DNA from: Octopus sinensis
Taxonomy: Eukaryota
Length of the DNA stretch: 64,000 bases
Direction: 5' to 3'
Assembly: GCF_006345805.1 (NCBI RefSeq)
Contig: NC_043000.1
Location: forward strand, 125,240,001 to 125,304,000
This document shows, piece after piece, positions 1-12,778 of this stretch; the first letter of the stretch is position 1, and every line of letters starts with the position of its first letter. Made by a program: the position numbers and the translations under genes. Below the pieces are notes generated by a model. It ran no database searches, had not been told where the DNA came from, and was given only the letters and a program-made list of their open reading frames with translations.

Positions 1-32
<32 letters not shown>

Positions 33-1699
33 CATCATCATTGTCGTCGTCATTTTACGTTTCAATATTCATTTGTAAATTATGAATGAAGTGAAACCCA
101 CTTCCAGAATAATTAGCAAATGTAGTAGAACTAAATTATCTGATGCTTCTTCGATTTTTGTATTTCCTTCTTAATGCTTTGGTTTCCTACTTTCACACAT
201 GCAAATTGGTTAATAGCTAATGTATGGTTTTTTGACGGGTAACAAATGCAAAAAAAAAATTATCGAGGCACTGGATTTCTTTTGCTACAACTTGCTCAGT
301 TCTTAGTGTTCTGAGTTTGAAGCTTTGGTCAAAATAAGAAAATAAAATCTATGAAAGTAATGATGGTGCATCCATTATAATCATTTTAAAGCTCACTTTG
401 CCATGCTAGCATGGATTGTCGTTTGTTCCTTTCCAAGCCATTACTGGCTCATAAGGCAGCGAGCTGGCAGAATCATTAGCACACCAGGTGAAATATTTAG
501 TGGTATTTGGTCTGCCACTACATTCTTTTAACGTCCACTCTTTTATGCTTGTGTGGGTCAAACAGAATCTATGTAGGTGGATTGTCAAAGGTCAGGCATC
601 CTTCCTGTTACCAACCCATGCCCGTTTCCAAGCAAGATATTATTTCTCTCAATGACCAAACTTGGACAAGTATACCATAGCCCTGAACCAACCAATGCTA
701 TGGGAGCAAGCATGGCTGTGTGGTTAGAAAGTTTTCTTCCCAAACACATGGTTTGAGGGTCAGTTCTAACACATGGCACCTTGGGCAAGTATCTTCCATT
801 ACAGCTTCAGCTGACCAAAGACTTGTAGGTAGATTTTGCAGGCAAAAACTGAATATTTTGTTGGATATTAGAAATGAATGACACTGCTTATATGACAGTG
901 ACACTCTTTTATAACTATTATGTGAGTGTTGTTTTAGTTGAATTCTCTATGCCCTACCTGGCTGGGACTTAGGAAGGACAGCAAAATGGAGAAGGAATTA
1001 GAAAATATTTCACCATTGACAAGGCTGAGACATGTAAGAGAACGACCAAAGCTGGGAACAAAGAGGTAATCCTTAGCAAATCCTAAAATAAAATAGTTCC
1101 TGGATGATTGGAGTGTTATGTGGTGGATGGATAATAGAAGGGGTAAAAGAACCCAGATAATCCCTTGATTGTATCAATACACTGTGCTGCATCACTGAAG
1201 GGAATGATACCATCAGAACAAGCCAAATTCATTTTGATCTGTGACCAACAGCTGATGAAGGGCGTGTCCCACAGTGCATGATATATATAAAATATTGAAC
1301 CTCTTTCCAATAAAAATTATGTTTCCAGCTATTGAGAAGAGATCAATATCAGATACAAGGTCAGCTGACACCATGTGCATTATTTTATTGGTTTTCAGTT
1401 TTCGTAGTAATAACAGCTCAGCTGAAATTGGAGACAATGCCATCTGCAAATATGTGTTTGATGTAGAGATAGTTAGAAAGACATACCTTATTAAATTCAT
1501 TTCAAAAAGCTTGCCTCCATCTGAAGTTCTGCTCGAATAATAACATAACATAAAATAATTGTATTATTCATACTTTTGTGGTGTTTACATAAACAAATTT
1601 TAGTTTTGCATTCGTTTCTCTCTAATTGCGCAAGAGAGCCAAAGGCACTGACTCAAAGTGATGTTCTCTCTCACTTAATTTTTATCTTCGTCAATAAAA

Positions 1700-2350
1700 C
1701 AGGAATCCACATAATCATAACAATCATCATCGTCATCATCATTACAACTGCCGCCACCACCACTGTCGTCGTCGTCATCATCATCACAACCAATGCCGAG
1801 GTCCAGTACCACTAACACTACCACAACTGCCACCACCATCCTCCTCCTCCTCATCATCATCATTATCATCATCATCATCATTTTATCAACCACCATTGCC
1901 ATCTCCACTACCACAACTTCTACCACTACTGCCACCACCACCACCATCACAACAATCACAACCATCATCATCGTCATCGTTGTTGTCATCATCCTCATCA
2001 TCATCATCATCATCATCATCATCTTATCCATCACCATTGCCATCTCCACTACCTCAACATCTACCACTGCTGCCGCCACCACTACCACCACCACCACCAC
2101 AACCATCACCACCATCGTCCTAATCATCGTCATCGTTGTCGTCATCATCATCATCATTATTGTTATTATCTTCAGTGTTGCCATCTCCACTACCACAACC
2201 TCTACTACCACCACCACCACCACCACCACCATCATCATCACCATCTCTACTGCCACCTCCACAACTACCTCCTCTACCACCACCACAACCACCACTACAA
2301 CAACAACAACCACCATCACCATCATCATCCTTATCAGCTACAACAACAGC
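1700..2350. repeat. Mosaic (CAC/CAT)n trinucleotide tract with a 141-bp higher-order period
   Basis: TTGCCATCTCCACTACC at 1896, 2037 and 2178. Confidence 0.85.
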
Positions 2351-3505
2351 AAGAACAGCAATGCTTGCATCTATTTTTATTCCATATCAATTCTTACACA
2401 GAACAGATGGGACCCTAACTTCAGATGCGACCACATCAAGCATTACACAGAAATATATGTAATTGGAATAATGGTTTACAGTTCTTAAGGGAGCTACAGA
2501 TGCCTTGTACTGAATGGAGGTGGAAGGGGGGAGAAAGAGGGAACCATCAGTCAAAAGATTGAAAATTTATATTATGTCATTGACATTATGCAGTGATCCG
2601 TGACCAGCTCACTAGATTCTCACTGTCCATGTCCACTTAGCTAAAGCTTAATAAGGCAAAACCATTAAGAGATATGGGCAGACCAACACCACCACCACCA
2701 ACAACAACAACAACAACACCAACACCGCCAACACCACCAACACCAACAACACCACCAACATCACCATCACCACCACTGCCACCAACACCAACACCACCAC
2801 CAACACCAACACCAACACCACCAACACCACCACCAACACCACCACCAACACCAACACCACCACCACCGACACCACCACCACTCCACTTTTATAACTAAAT
2901 TATTAATTTTATTTTCTGGCATCACTTGACATTTTCTGTGAATATTCTATTAAATAAGTTGGTTACTCCAGTGCCAATAAGCATTGGCAAACGGTAAAGA
3001 GCCAATGATGAAGGCTAATAAGGTGGAAACATTTGACAAGGATATATCAGATGATGTATGTAGTTTTAGTTACCCCTAAAAACATGAGATGGTCATAGTT
3101 GGAATGCCTTTGATCGCAGATCTGTTCAGTCTGGACTGACCAGTGGCTGAGAAGCAGTAACTTCGGAAACCTTATCAGATGTTGATAATATAGGCACCAA
3201 GCAAGATTGTGTGGTTATGAAACTTGCTTTGCGACCACATGGTTTCAGGTTCAGTCCCACTACACAGCATTTTGGGCAAGTGTCCTCTACTATAGTCCCA
3301 GGCCAACCAATGCCTTGTGAGAGAATTTAGTGAACAGAAACCATACTGAAGTCCATGATATCATCATCATCATCATCATGGTTTAACGCCCGCTTTCCAT
3401 GCTAGCATGGGTTGGACATATGACTGAGGGCTGGCGAGCCAGATGGCTGCACCAGGCTCCAATCTTGATCTGGCAGAGTTTCTACAGCTGAATGGCCTTC
3501 CTAAC

Positions 3506-3605
<100 letters not shown>

Positions 3606-3628
3606 TAATAGTAATAATAATAATGATA

Positions 3629-3683
<55 letters not shown>

Positions 3684-3694
3684 TAATAATAATA

Positions 3695-3745
<51 letters not shown>

Positions 3746-4974
3746 TAATAATAATAATAATAAATGTAAAAGCAAATGTCTGTGTGTAAGTGTGTCACAC
3801 TTTTTCAACTTTACTCCTCCAACCACCCTCTCTTACTATTCAATGACACTTCTAACTGTATCAAGTAATTTGACCAAAATATGTGCTTCATAACATACAG
3901 AACTGAAATACATATTGAACTCACTTTCTCATGTAATATTACCTCTCATAAATCTATACCATAAAAATGTTGGAAACTTAGTATTTTTTCAGATATTAAT
4001 AAAATTTATTAGACCTATTTTCATGCCATCAGCCGTCGGAGCTATGGAAACTAAGTACACTCCAACTGCATGAAAATATATGTGACTGTTGTTATTATTA
4101 CCTTAAAAAAAAACTAAAAGATACTAAATTTCAAACATCTTTATGGTCAAATACATTTAGAGCAATTCCAAGCCATAAAAATTGCACTTTTAAATAATAT
4201 TTAGCGACAGTAGTGTAATTTTCCTTCAAACTATGAATGGGAGTTTAGGTATGTACCAGCTACTACAAATAATTGTTTGTACAAAAGGTACGGTCCTACG
4301 TACATTAAATTGTCTTTAAATTGAGTTGCGGCAGATGAATTATGGTTGAACTTTTACAAGATAAGCTTATTGTTGCCTACAGCCAGCTATGTTGGTTGTT
4401 CAAGAGTAGGGAATGGAAACAAGCTATTTGTACTGATCCTGAATGGGAAGACAGAAAACATTGTTTATCATGCAGTTTTGCAATAAGTTCCAAGTTGATA
4501 AATTATATTCATTATTTTGATGAAAATCATTCATTGCTTGCAAAATGTTGTTCAAATTTAATAGAATTTAATATGTACTCAATACATGGAGTATCATTGT
4601 TGGGCCCAAGGTCCAATGAAGAGCCCTCCACAGGAGCTAGCTTTTAAGCTAGTATATGCATATATATGTGTGTGTAGATGTGTGCTTGTAGATGTAAAAT
4701 AGCCAGCCATAGAAAATATGCCACAACAAAGTTTGTTCGATCCATAAAGCACAGAAAAGTGCATGTTAAGCAATATTGATGATGATGATATTGTAATTTC
4801 AGGCGCAGCTACATGGTTAAGAAGTTCATTTATTAACCATGTGGGTAAGGGTTTGTTCTGATATGTGGCACTGAGAGCATATGTCTTCTACTATTATAGC
4901 TTCAAGCTGACTAATTAATGTCTTGTGAGTGGAACTGGCAGATGGAAACTATGAGGAAACCTGTTGCACATGTG

Positions 4975-5006
<32 letters not shown>

Positions 5007-5269
5007 AAGTGAGTGTATGTGTGGGTGTGTATAAGTGTCACCATTGTCTTCACATTGTTATATGTACTATGCTAACAGCGTCTCTCCACAGACTTTTATT
5101 ATATATATTGTTGTTTGCAAAACATGTCTGACTGCTTACACATTGTTGTTGTCATAGACTGTGTCTTTGATTAAATCTGCCACGATAGAATGTTCTTCTA
5201 GTGAACTGTTGCTGTTTGAAAGACTAAGATCTAACTTAGAAACAAGCATGGTTTATCAACAGGATGACT

Positions 5270-5655
5270 GTCATCATCATCATCATCGTTTAACGTCCGC
5301 TTTCCATGCTAGCATGTGTTGGGTGGTTTGACTGAGGACTGGCGAACTAGATGGCTGCACCAGGCTCCAATCTTGATCTGGCAGAGTTTCTACAGATGGA
5401 TGCCCTTCCTAATGCCAACCACTCCGAGAGTGTAGTGGATACTTTTACATGCCACCAGCATGAGGGCCAGTCAGGCAGTACTGGCAATGGCCGCACTCAA
5501 ATGGTGTTTTTTTATGTTCCACCTGCATGGGAGCCAGTCCAGCGGCACTGGCAACAACCTCGCTCAAATGTCTTTTCACGTGCCACCGGCACAAGTGCCA
5601 GTAAGGCAATGCTGGTAACGATCATGCTCGAATGGTGCTTTTTATGTGCCACCTT
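5270..5655 (-). mobile_element. Retroposon family A with (GAT)n tail (LINE 3' end or SINE)
   Basis: ...CCCATGCTAGCATGGAAAGCGGACGTTAAAC-(GAT)n end; further copies at about 3375, 6244, 16040, 17101, 22378, 24251, 27998, 30690, 39896. Confidence 0.8.
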
Positions 5656-6129
5656 CCCTGAAGCTAGTTTGTTGCTCTGGCAAAGGTCACACTTGGGTCA
5701 CATAAAAGCATTCATGTCAGCACCATGTAGGAGAACACCCATGCTGGCACAATGCAAAAGACTAGCCATGTAAGAGCCATGTAAAAGTGCCTATGTTATT
5801 GTTAGTTAATTCGTTAACCAATTTATCGATCAGCCATTTTTTACTAGTTTTTCAAACTCATATGTCAAACACTTTGGTCAAACAGTTAATCGTTCAAATA
5901 CTCAGTATTGTTAATATTGTCATTTCTTTTTCCGCCAAATAATTATTTCATTGCATTGTTGCAATCTCTTCAGTGACACATCTCTTGACTTTTATTTCTT
6001 TTGAACAATAAAGGACCAAACCAATGCATGTGTTTCTTATTACTGGTATAATGCCCCTCCTAAGGTCCATTAGTATTTCTTTCAACACTTGAATTCACAT
6101 CAAGTATCTTGCAAACCAAATACAAATAC

Positions 6130-6211
6130 GAGCATATGGCGTAGTGGTTATGAGCGCGGGCTACTAACCCCAAGATTCCGAGTTCAGTTCCAGGCAGTAA
6201 CCTGAATAATC

Positions 6212-6244
<33 letters not shown>

Positions 6245-6630
6245 TCATCATCATCATCGTTTAACGTCCGCTTTCCATGCTAGCATGGGTTGGACGATTT
6301 GACTGACGTCTGGTGATGCAGACTCCAATCTGATCTGGCAGAGTTTCTACAGCTGGATGCTCTTCTTAATGCCAACAACTCCGAGAGTGTAGTGGGTGTT
6401 TTTATGTGCCACCGGTACGAGGGCCAGTCAGGCGGTACTGGCGATAATAATAATGATAATAATAATAATAATAATAACATTGAAAAAATACCTTGGGAAT
6501 GAGAACCCAGTTTTGAAATTTCCCCAAGGCATCTGAAAAAGGCTGGAGGGTATATCAGCCAAAACGTTGTGTTAACAACAAACAAGATGAGGACAAATAT
6601 CCGTCGAAAGTAAATAATGTAAACAATGTA
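6130..6630 (+). mobile_element. tRNA-headed SINE with (AAT)n linker and hammerhead-bearing tail (interrupted by another SINE at 6244-6442)
   Basis: A-box TGGCGTAGTGG, B-box GAGTTCAGTTCC (6180-91), (AAT)n, then a tail with a decayed HHR at 6528-6573 (CTGAAAA...GGCTG/CAGCC...AAAAC-GTT-GTGTT). Confidence 0.75.
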
Positions 6631-6674
6631 TTCATTCACTGTTCACTTCCGCTGCATTATTCTATGTACTCTTC

Positions 6675-7092
6675 TCTCTTTACTCTTTTACTTGTTTCAG
6701 TCATGTGACTGTGGCCATGCTGGAGCACCACCTTTAGTCGAGCAAATCGACCCCAGGACTTATCCTTTGTAAACCTACTACTTATTCTATCTGTCTCTTT
6801 TACCGAACCGCTAAGTTACAGGGACGTAAACACACCACCATCGGATGTCAAGCGATGTTGGGGGGGGGGACAAACACAGACACACAAACATATACACACA
6901 CACATACATATATATATACATATATACAACGGGCTTCTTTCAGTTTCTGTCTACCAAATCCACTCACAAGTCTTTGGTCGGCCTGAGGCTATCTTAGAAG
7001 ACACTTGCCCAAGTTGCCATGCAGTGGGACTGAACCCAGAACCATGTGGTTGGTAAGCAAGCTACTTACCACACAGCCACTCCTACGCCTAT
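6675..7092 (-). mobile_element. tRNA-derived SINE, family C (head - GGCAACTTGGGCAAGTG core - TA/TG microsatellite - tail)
   Basis: Full-length copy; about 15 related copies or fragments in the window. Confidence 0.85.
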
Positions 7093-7329
7093 GTAAATTT
7101 TTGCTTTATTTTTTTCTGTGACTTCCCATTATTTGTAACTGTAACGTCTCTTTTGTTTCATTTTGTCACAGTAGTTTGACATCTTGTTCAGCTAAATCAG
7201 TGCTTGGTAGAAAGCAACCATTTCCACAGATAACCCTCCAGCTATTATTCCTTCTTCGAAATATCAAAAAATGTTTTGTATGACCACTTTTTACCTTCGT
7301 CACATCTTAAACTAAATTTACCGACATCA

Positions 7330-7464
7330 ACAACATCATCATCATTGTCATCATCAACGCCATCACCACCACCACCATAATCGCAGTTGTCATCATCATC
7401 ATCATCATCACCGTCATCATCATCATCATCACCATCAGATCATCATCACCATCATCATCTTCAC

Positions 7465-7518
<54 letters not shown>

Positions 7519-8262
7519 TATCACCATCACCATCACTATCATCATCCTCACCATCATCATCATCATCATCATCATCTTCATCATTATCACCATCACCATC
7601 ACTATCATCATCATCATCATCATCATCATTGTTGTTGTCATTGTTATCTTTGTCTTCAATGTCGTTGTTGCTGTTGTTGTTTATCATTTTCCTTCTGGCA
7701 ATAATCACTTCAACAACAAACAGCATTACTGCTCACAGCGCCATCACCACAAAGCAATATAAGTCAGTGGTGGTGGCAGTCACCATCAGCATCATGGTAG
7801 TGGGGATGATAGAGTGACCACCATCACCACTACTACCACCACCACCACCATCACCACCACCACCAACAACACAACCACCAACACCACCACAAACAGCAAC
7901 AACACCATCACTACCACCACCACCAACAACAACACCATCACCACCACCACCACCACCATCACCACCACCACCACCACCACCATCACTACCAACACCACCA
8001 CAAACAACAACACCATCACTACCATCACCACCACCACCACCACCATCACCACCACCAACAACAACAACAACAAAACCATCACCACCACCACCACCACCAC
8101 CAAAACAACCACCAACACCACCACAAACAACAAGAACACCATCACTAACACCACCACCAACAACACCATCACCACCACCACCATCACCATCAACACCACA
8201 ACCAACACCACCACCACCAACACCACCACCACCAACACCACCACCACCACCACCACCACCAC
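7330..8262. repeat. (CAT)n and (CAC/AAC)n low-complexity tracts
   Basis: Directly visible; source of the poly-His/Thr/Asp pseudo-ORFs. Confidence 0.9.
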
Positions 8263-8789
8263 TTTGTCAACTTGAAATGATTTAAAGTTCTTACCAATAA
8301 ATTTCAACAGTTCATTCGTTGTTGTTGTTGTCGTTTGCTAATGGATAAATTCTAATCAATTAGCTGATTAAACATTAATGTTGTGTAATTTGATGAACAT
8401 TTCAAATTGTTTACGACAAATCTATATGATTATAAGAGATAATCATTTGTCATCAAACATGGATTATTTCAATTCAGATAATACTTATTTAACTTTCTTC
8501 ATTATCATATCTTTCACCCTTTAATCTTTTGCTTGTTTCAGTCATTAGACTGTGGCCATGCTGGGGCAGTGTCTTAACTTTTAGTTGAATGATGCAGCCT
8601 AAGTGCTACTTCTTTCAGCCTGATACTTATTCTATTGGTCTCTATTACTAAACCACTAAGTCATGTGGATGTAAACACACTAACACCAGTTGTCAAGCAG
8701 TGTTGGGAGACAAACACAGACACAAAAGACACACACACACACATACATACTCATATATATATGTGTGTATATGTGTATGTATATATATA

Positions 8790-9052
8790 TATATAAATAA
8801 TAAATGCGCCCTTTTAAAGCCTAGCCAGGCTCAAGGGCCCGGTTTTCCAGTTTCAGTGGTGTATATGTTCCCCAGCTGGACGGGACACCTGTCCATCGCA
8901 GCGTTACTCATTTTTGCCAGCTGAGTGGACTAGAGCAACGTGAAATGAAGTGTTTTGCTGAAGAACACAATGCATGGCCTGGTTCAGGAATCGAAACCAC
9001 AATCTTACAATCATGATGCTGATACTCTAACCACTAAGTCGCGCACCTCCAC
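8790..9052 (-). mobile_element. tRNA-derived SINE family D (related copies at about 24950-25158 and 54310-54510)
   Basis: Head TGTGGAGGTGCGCGACTTAGTGGTTAG...GGTTTCGATTCC; body AGTCCACTCAGCTGGCAAAAATGAG. Confidence 0.75.
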
Positions 9053-9387
9053 AATATATATATATATATATACATATATAATATTATCTTCTTTCCCCAC
9101 AGAATAACAGGTAAAGTATATATATATTTTTTAAATATGTTTAAATAATTTATAATTAATTCTAATTGTACTTTATTCTTATTGTATGTTATAGTAGGCT
9201 TTAAAATGCTTATATTATTAGATTAGTATTTTGGAAATAATTTTCTATGCGTACTCCAGTAAATAAGGTTAATCTGAAATTGAAGTTGTGGTCCTATTGG
9301 TAAAATCCCAAAATTGTAATAATACTAATAATAATAATAATAAAATAATAATACTACTACTAATAATAATAATAATAATAATATATA

Positions 9388-9449
<62 letters not shown>

Positions 9450-9671
9450 TCAATATAGGGTGGCAAAAAAAATTTTGTAGAATTTTTTTGCCACCAGCGG
9501 CCTAGTGGGAAAAAATTAATAGTCATAGACCATTTTTAAGTTCAACATCAACAATCAAGGAACGGCCATAATAGGCCATTCACCCACTAGAAATAACAGC
9601 CAAAGCTTCAACCGCAAATAAAAGTCAACTCTGTAAACCAGGAGAAAATTTAAAAAAACATTTACCCTGTA

Positions 9672-9778
9672 ATTTCTTATACGATGCACCGTTTCATCTG
9701 CTGTTTAATGGTAAACTAACCTGATTAAATTAAATCAAGCCAATCTTCCATAGGCCCTCAGATTCTTCAGTAAGAAAT
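9672..9778 (-). ncRNA. Type I hammerhead ribozyme, canonical core
   Basis: Reverse complement of the 11742 motif, within unit 1. Confidence 0.86.
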
Positions 9779-10588
9779 AGCCAAGTCGGAACAGATATTT
9801 TCACGAGGCATTTCCGACCCTGCCAAGGTAATATCTGACCTAAAATTTTCAAATCATCGCACTCGCGCCAAATTTATCGGCAGCAAATAAATATAAGCCG
9901 TCGATTCCATTACGGAATTAACCAGAAAATTCATAATCAATCAATATAGGGTGGCAAAAAAAATTTTGTAGAATTTTTTTGCCACCAGCGGCCTAGTGGG
10001 AAAAAATTAAATAGTCATAGACCATTTTTAAGTTCAACATCAACAATCAAGGAACGGCCATAATAGGCCATTCACCCACTAGAAATAACAGCCAAAGCTT
10101 CAACCGCAAATAAAAGTCAACTCTGTAAACCAGGAGAAAATTTAAAAAATTGATATTGATATTGATATTGATTAATTATGAATTTTCTGGTTAATTCCGT
10201 AATGGAATGGACGGCTTATATTTATTTGCTGCCGATAAATTTGGCGCGAGTGCGATGATTTGAAAATTTTAGGTCAGATATTACCTTGGCAGGGTCGGAA
10301 ATGCCTCGTGAAAATATCTGTTCCGACTTGGCTATTTCTTACTGAAGAATCTGAGGGCCTATGGAAGATTGGCTTGATTTAATTTAATCAGGTTAGAATT
10401 TTTTTGCCACCAGCGGCCTAGTGGGAAAAAATTAAATAGTCATAGACCATTTTTAAGTTCAACATCAACAATCAAGGAACGGCCATAATAGGCCATTCAC
10501 CCACTAGAAATAACAGCCAAAGCTTCAACCGCAAATAAAAGTCAACTCTGTAAACCAGGAGAAAATTTAAAAAAACATTTACCCTGTA

Positions 10589-10693
10589 ATTTCTTATACG
10601 ATGCACCGTTTCATCTGCTGTTTAATGGTAACTAACCTGATTAAATTAAATCAGCCAATCTTCCATAGGCCCTCAGATTCTTCAGTAAGAAAT
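10589..10693 (-). ncRNA. Type I hammerhead ribozyme, canonical core
   Basis: Reverse complement of the same motif; loop II 2 nt shorter, core and stems intact. Confidence 0.85.
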
Positions 10694-11078
10694 AGCCAAG
10701 TCGGAACAGATATTTTCACGAGGCATTTCCGACCCTGCCAAGGTAATATCTGACCTAAAATTTTCAAATCATCGCACTCGCGCCAAATTTATCGGCAACA
10801 AATAAATATAAGCCGTCGATTCCATACGGAATTAACCAGAAAATTCATAATTAATCAATATAGGGTGGCAAAAAAAAATTTTGTAGAATTTTTTTGCCAC
10901 CAGCGGCCTAGTGGGAAAAAATTAAATAGTCATAGACCATTTTTAAGTTCAACATCAACAATCAAGGAACGGCCATAATAGGCCATTCACCCACTAGAAA
11001 TAACAGCCAAAGCTTCAACCGCAAATAAAAGTCAACTCTGTAAACCAGGAGAAAATTTAAAAAAACATTTACCCTGTA

Positions 11079-11185
11079 ATTTCTTATACGATGCACCGTT
11101 TCATCTGCTGTTTAATGGTAAACTAACCTGATTAAATTAAATCAAGCCAATCTTCCATAGGCCCTCAGATTCTTCAGTAAGAAAT
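11079..11185 (-). ncRNA. Type I hammerhead ribozyme, canonical core
   Basis: Reverse complement of the same motif; tandem with the 10589 copy, cleavage sites 490 nt apart. Confidence 0.86.
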
Positions 11186-11741
11186 AGCCAAGTCGGAACA
11201 GATATTTTCACGAGGCATTTCCGACCCTGCCAAGGTAATATCTGACCTAAAATTTTCAAATCATCGCACTCGCGCCAAATTTATCGGCAGCAAATAAATA
11301 TAAGCCGTCGATTCCATTACGGAATTAACCAGAAAATTCATAATTAATCAATATCAATATCAATATCAATTTTTTAAAATTTTCTCGTGGTTTACAGAGT
11401 TGACTTTTATTTGCGGTTGAAGCTTTGGCTGTTATTTCTAGTGGGTGAATGGCCTATTATGGCCGTTCCTTGATTGTTGATGTTGAACTTAAAAATGGTC
11501 TATGACTATTTAATTTTTTCCCACTAGGCCGCTGGTGGCAAAAAAATTCTACAAAATTTTTTTTGCCACCCTATATTGATTGATTATGAATTTTCTGGTT
11601 AATTCCGTAATGGAATCGACGGCTTATATTTATTTGCTGCCGATAAATTTGGCGCGAGTGCGATGATTTGAAAATTTTAGGTCAGATATTACCTTGGCAG
11701 GGTCGGAAATGCCTCGTGAAAATATCTGTTCCGACTTGGCT

Positions 11742-11848
11742 ATTTCTTACTGAAGAATCTGAGGGCCTATGGAAGATTGGCTTGATTTAATTTAATCAGG
11801 TTAGTTTACCATTAAACAGCAGATGAAACGGTGCATCGTATAAGAAAT
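11742..11848 (+). ncRNA. Type I hammerhead ribozyme, canonical core
   Basis: Stem I ATTTCTTA/TAAGAAAT (8 bp); CTGAAGA 11750-56; stem II ATCTG/CAGAT with 58-nt loop; GAAA 11825-28; stem III CGG/TCG with palindromic TGCA loop; GTA cleavage triplet 11838-40. Confidence 0.88.
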
Positions 11849-12233
11849 TACAGGGTAAATGTTTTTTTAAATTTTCTCCTGGTTTACAGAGTTGACTTTT
11901 ATTTGCGGTTGAAGCTTTGGCTGTTATTTCTAGTGGGTGAATGGCCTATTATGGCCGTTCCTTGATTGTTGATGTTGAACTTAAAAATGGTCTATGACTA
12001 TTTAATTTTTTCCCACTAGGCCGCTGGTGGCAAAAAAATTCTACAAAATTTTTTTTGCCACCCTATATTGATTAATTATGAATTTTCTGGTTAATTCCGT
12101 AATGGAATCGACGGCTTATATTTATTTGCTGCCGATAAATTTGGCGCGAGTGCGATGATTTGAAAATTTTAGGTCAGATATTACCTTGGCAGGGTCGGAA
12201 ATGCCCCGTGAAAATATCTGTTCCGACTTGGCT

Positions 12234-12340
12234 ATTTCTTACTGAAGAATCTGAGGGCCTATGGAAGATTGGCTTGATTTAATTTAATCAGGTTAGTTTA
12301 CCATTAAACAGCAGATGAAACGGTGCATCGTATAAGAAAT
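12234..12340 (+). ncRNA. Type I hammerhead ribozyme, canonical core
   Basis: Same motif as 11742-11848; predicted cleavage after 12332, 492 nt downstream of the previous site. Confidence 0.88.
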
Positions 12341-12471
12341 TACAGGGTAAATGTTTTTTTAAATTTTCTCCTGGTTTACAGAGTTGACTTTTATTTGCGG
12401 TTGAAGCTTTGGCTGTTATTTCTAGTGGGTGAATGTCCTATTATGGCCGTTCCTTGATTGTTGATATATAT

Positions 12472-12778
<307 letters not shown>

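Larger units (their letters stand above)
9445..12464. repeat. Array of 491-493-bp non-coding units in mixed orientation, each full unit carrying a type I hammerhead ribozyme (Penelope-pLTR / retrozyme-like)
   Basis: Unit start ATTAATCAATATAGGGTGGC recurs at 9445, 9936 (variant), 10850 and 11343 (partial). Reverse-complement units at about 10171-10396 and 11371-12464. Flanked by (TA)n on both sides. No ORF >=60 aa inside. Confidence 0.92.

Noticed and set aside
1251-1275. CTGATGA-A-GGG-CGTGT-CCC (similar case at about 28047)
   Set aside because: No GAAA or cleavage triplet follows.
4342-4647. 101-aa non-repeat ORF
   Set aside because: No recognisable domain or splice context; not enough to call a CDS.
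6130-6200. tRNA gene calls for A/B-box sequences (also at about 8980, 18460 and SINE B/C heads)
   Set aside because: No complete cloverleaf evident; each continues into a SINE body.
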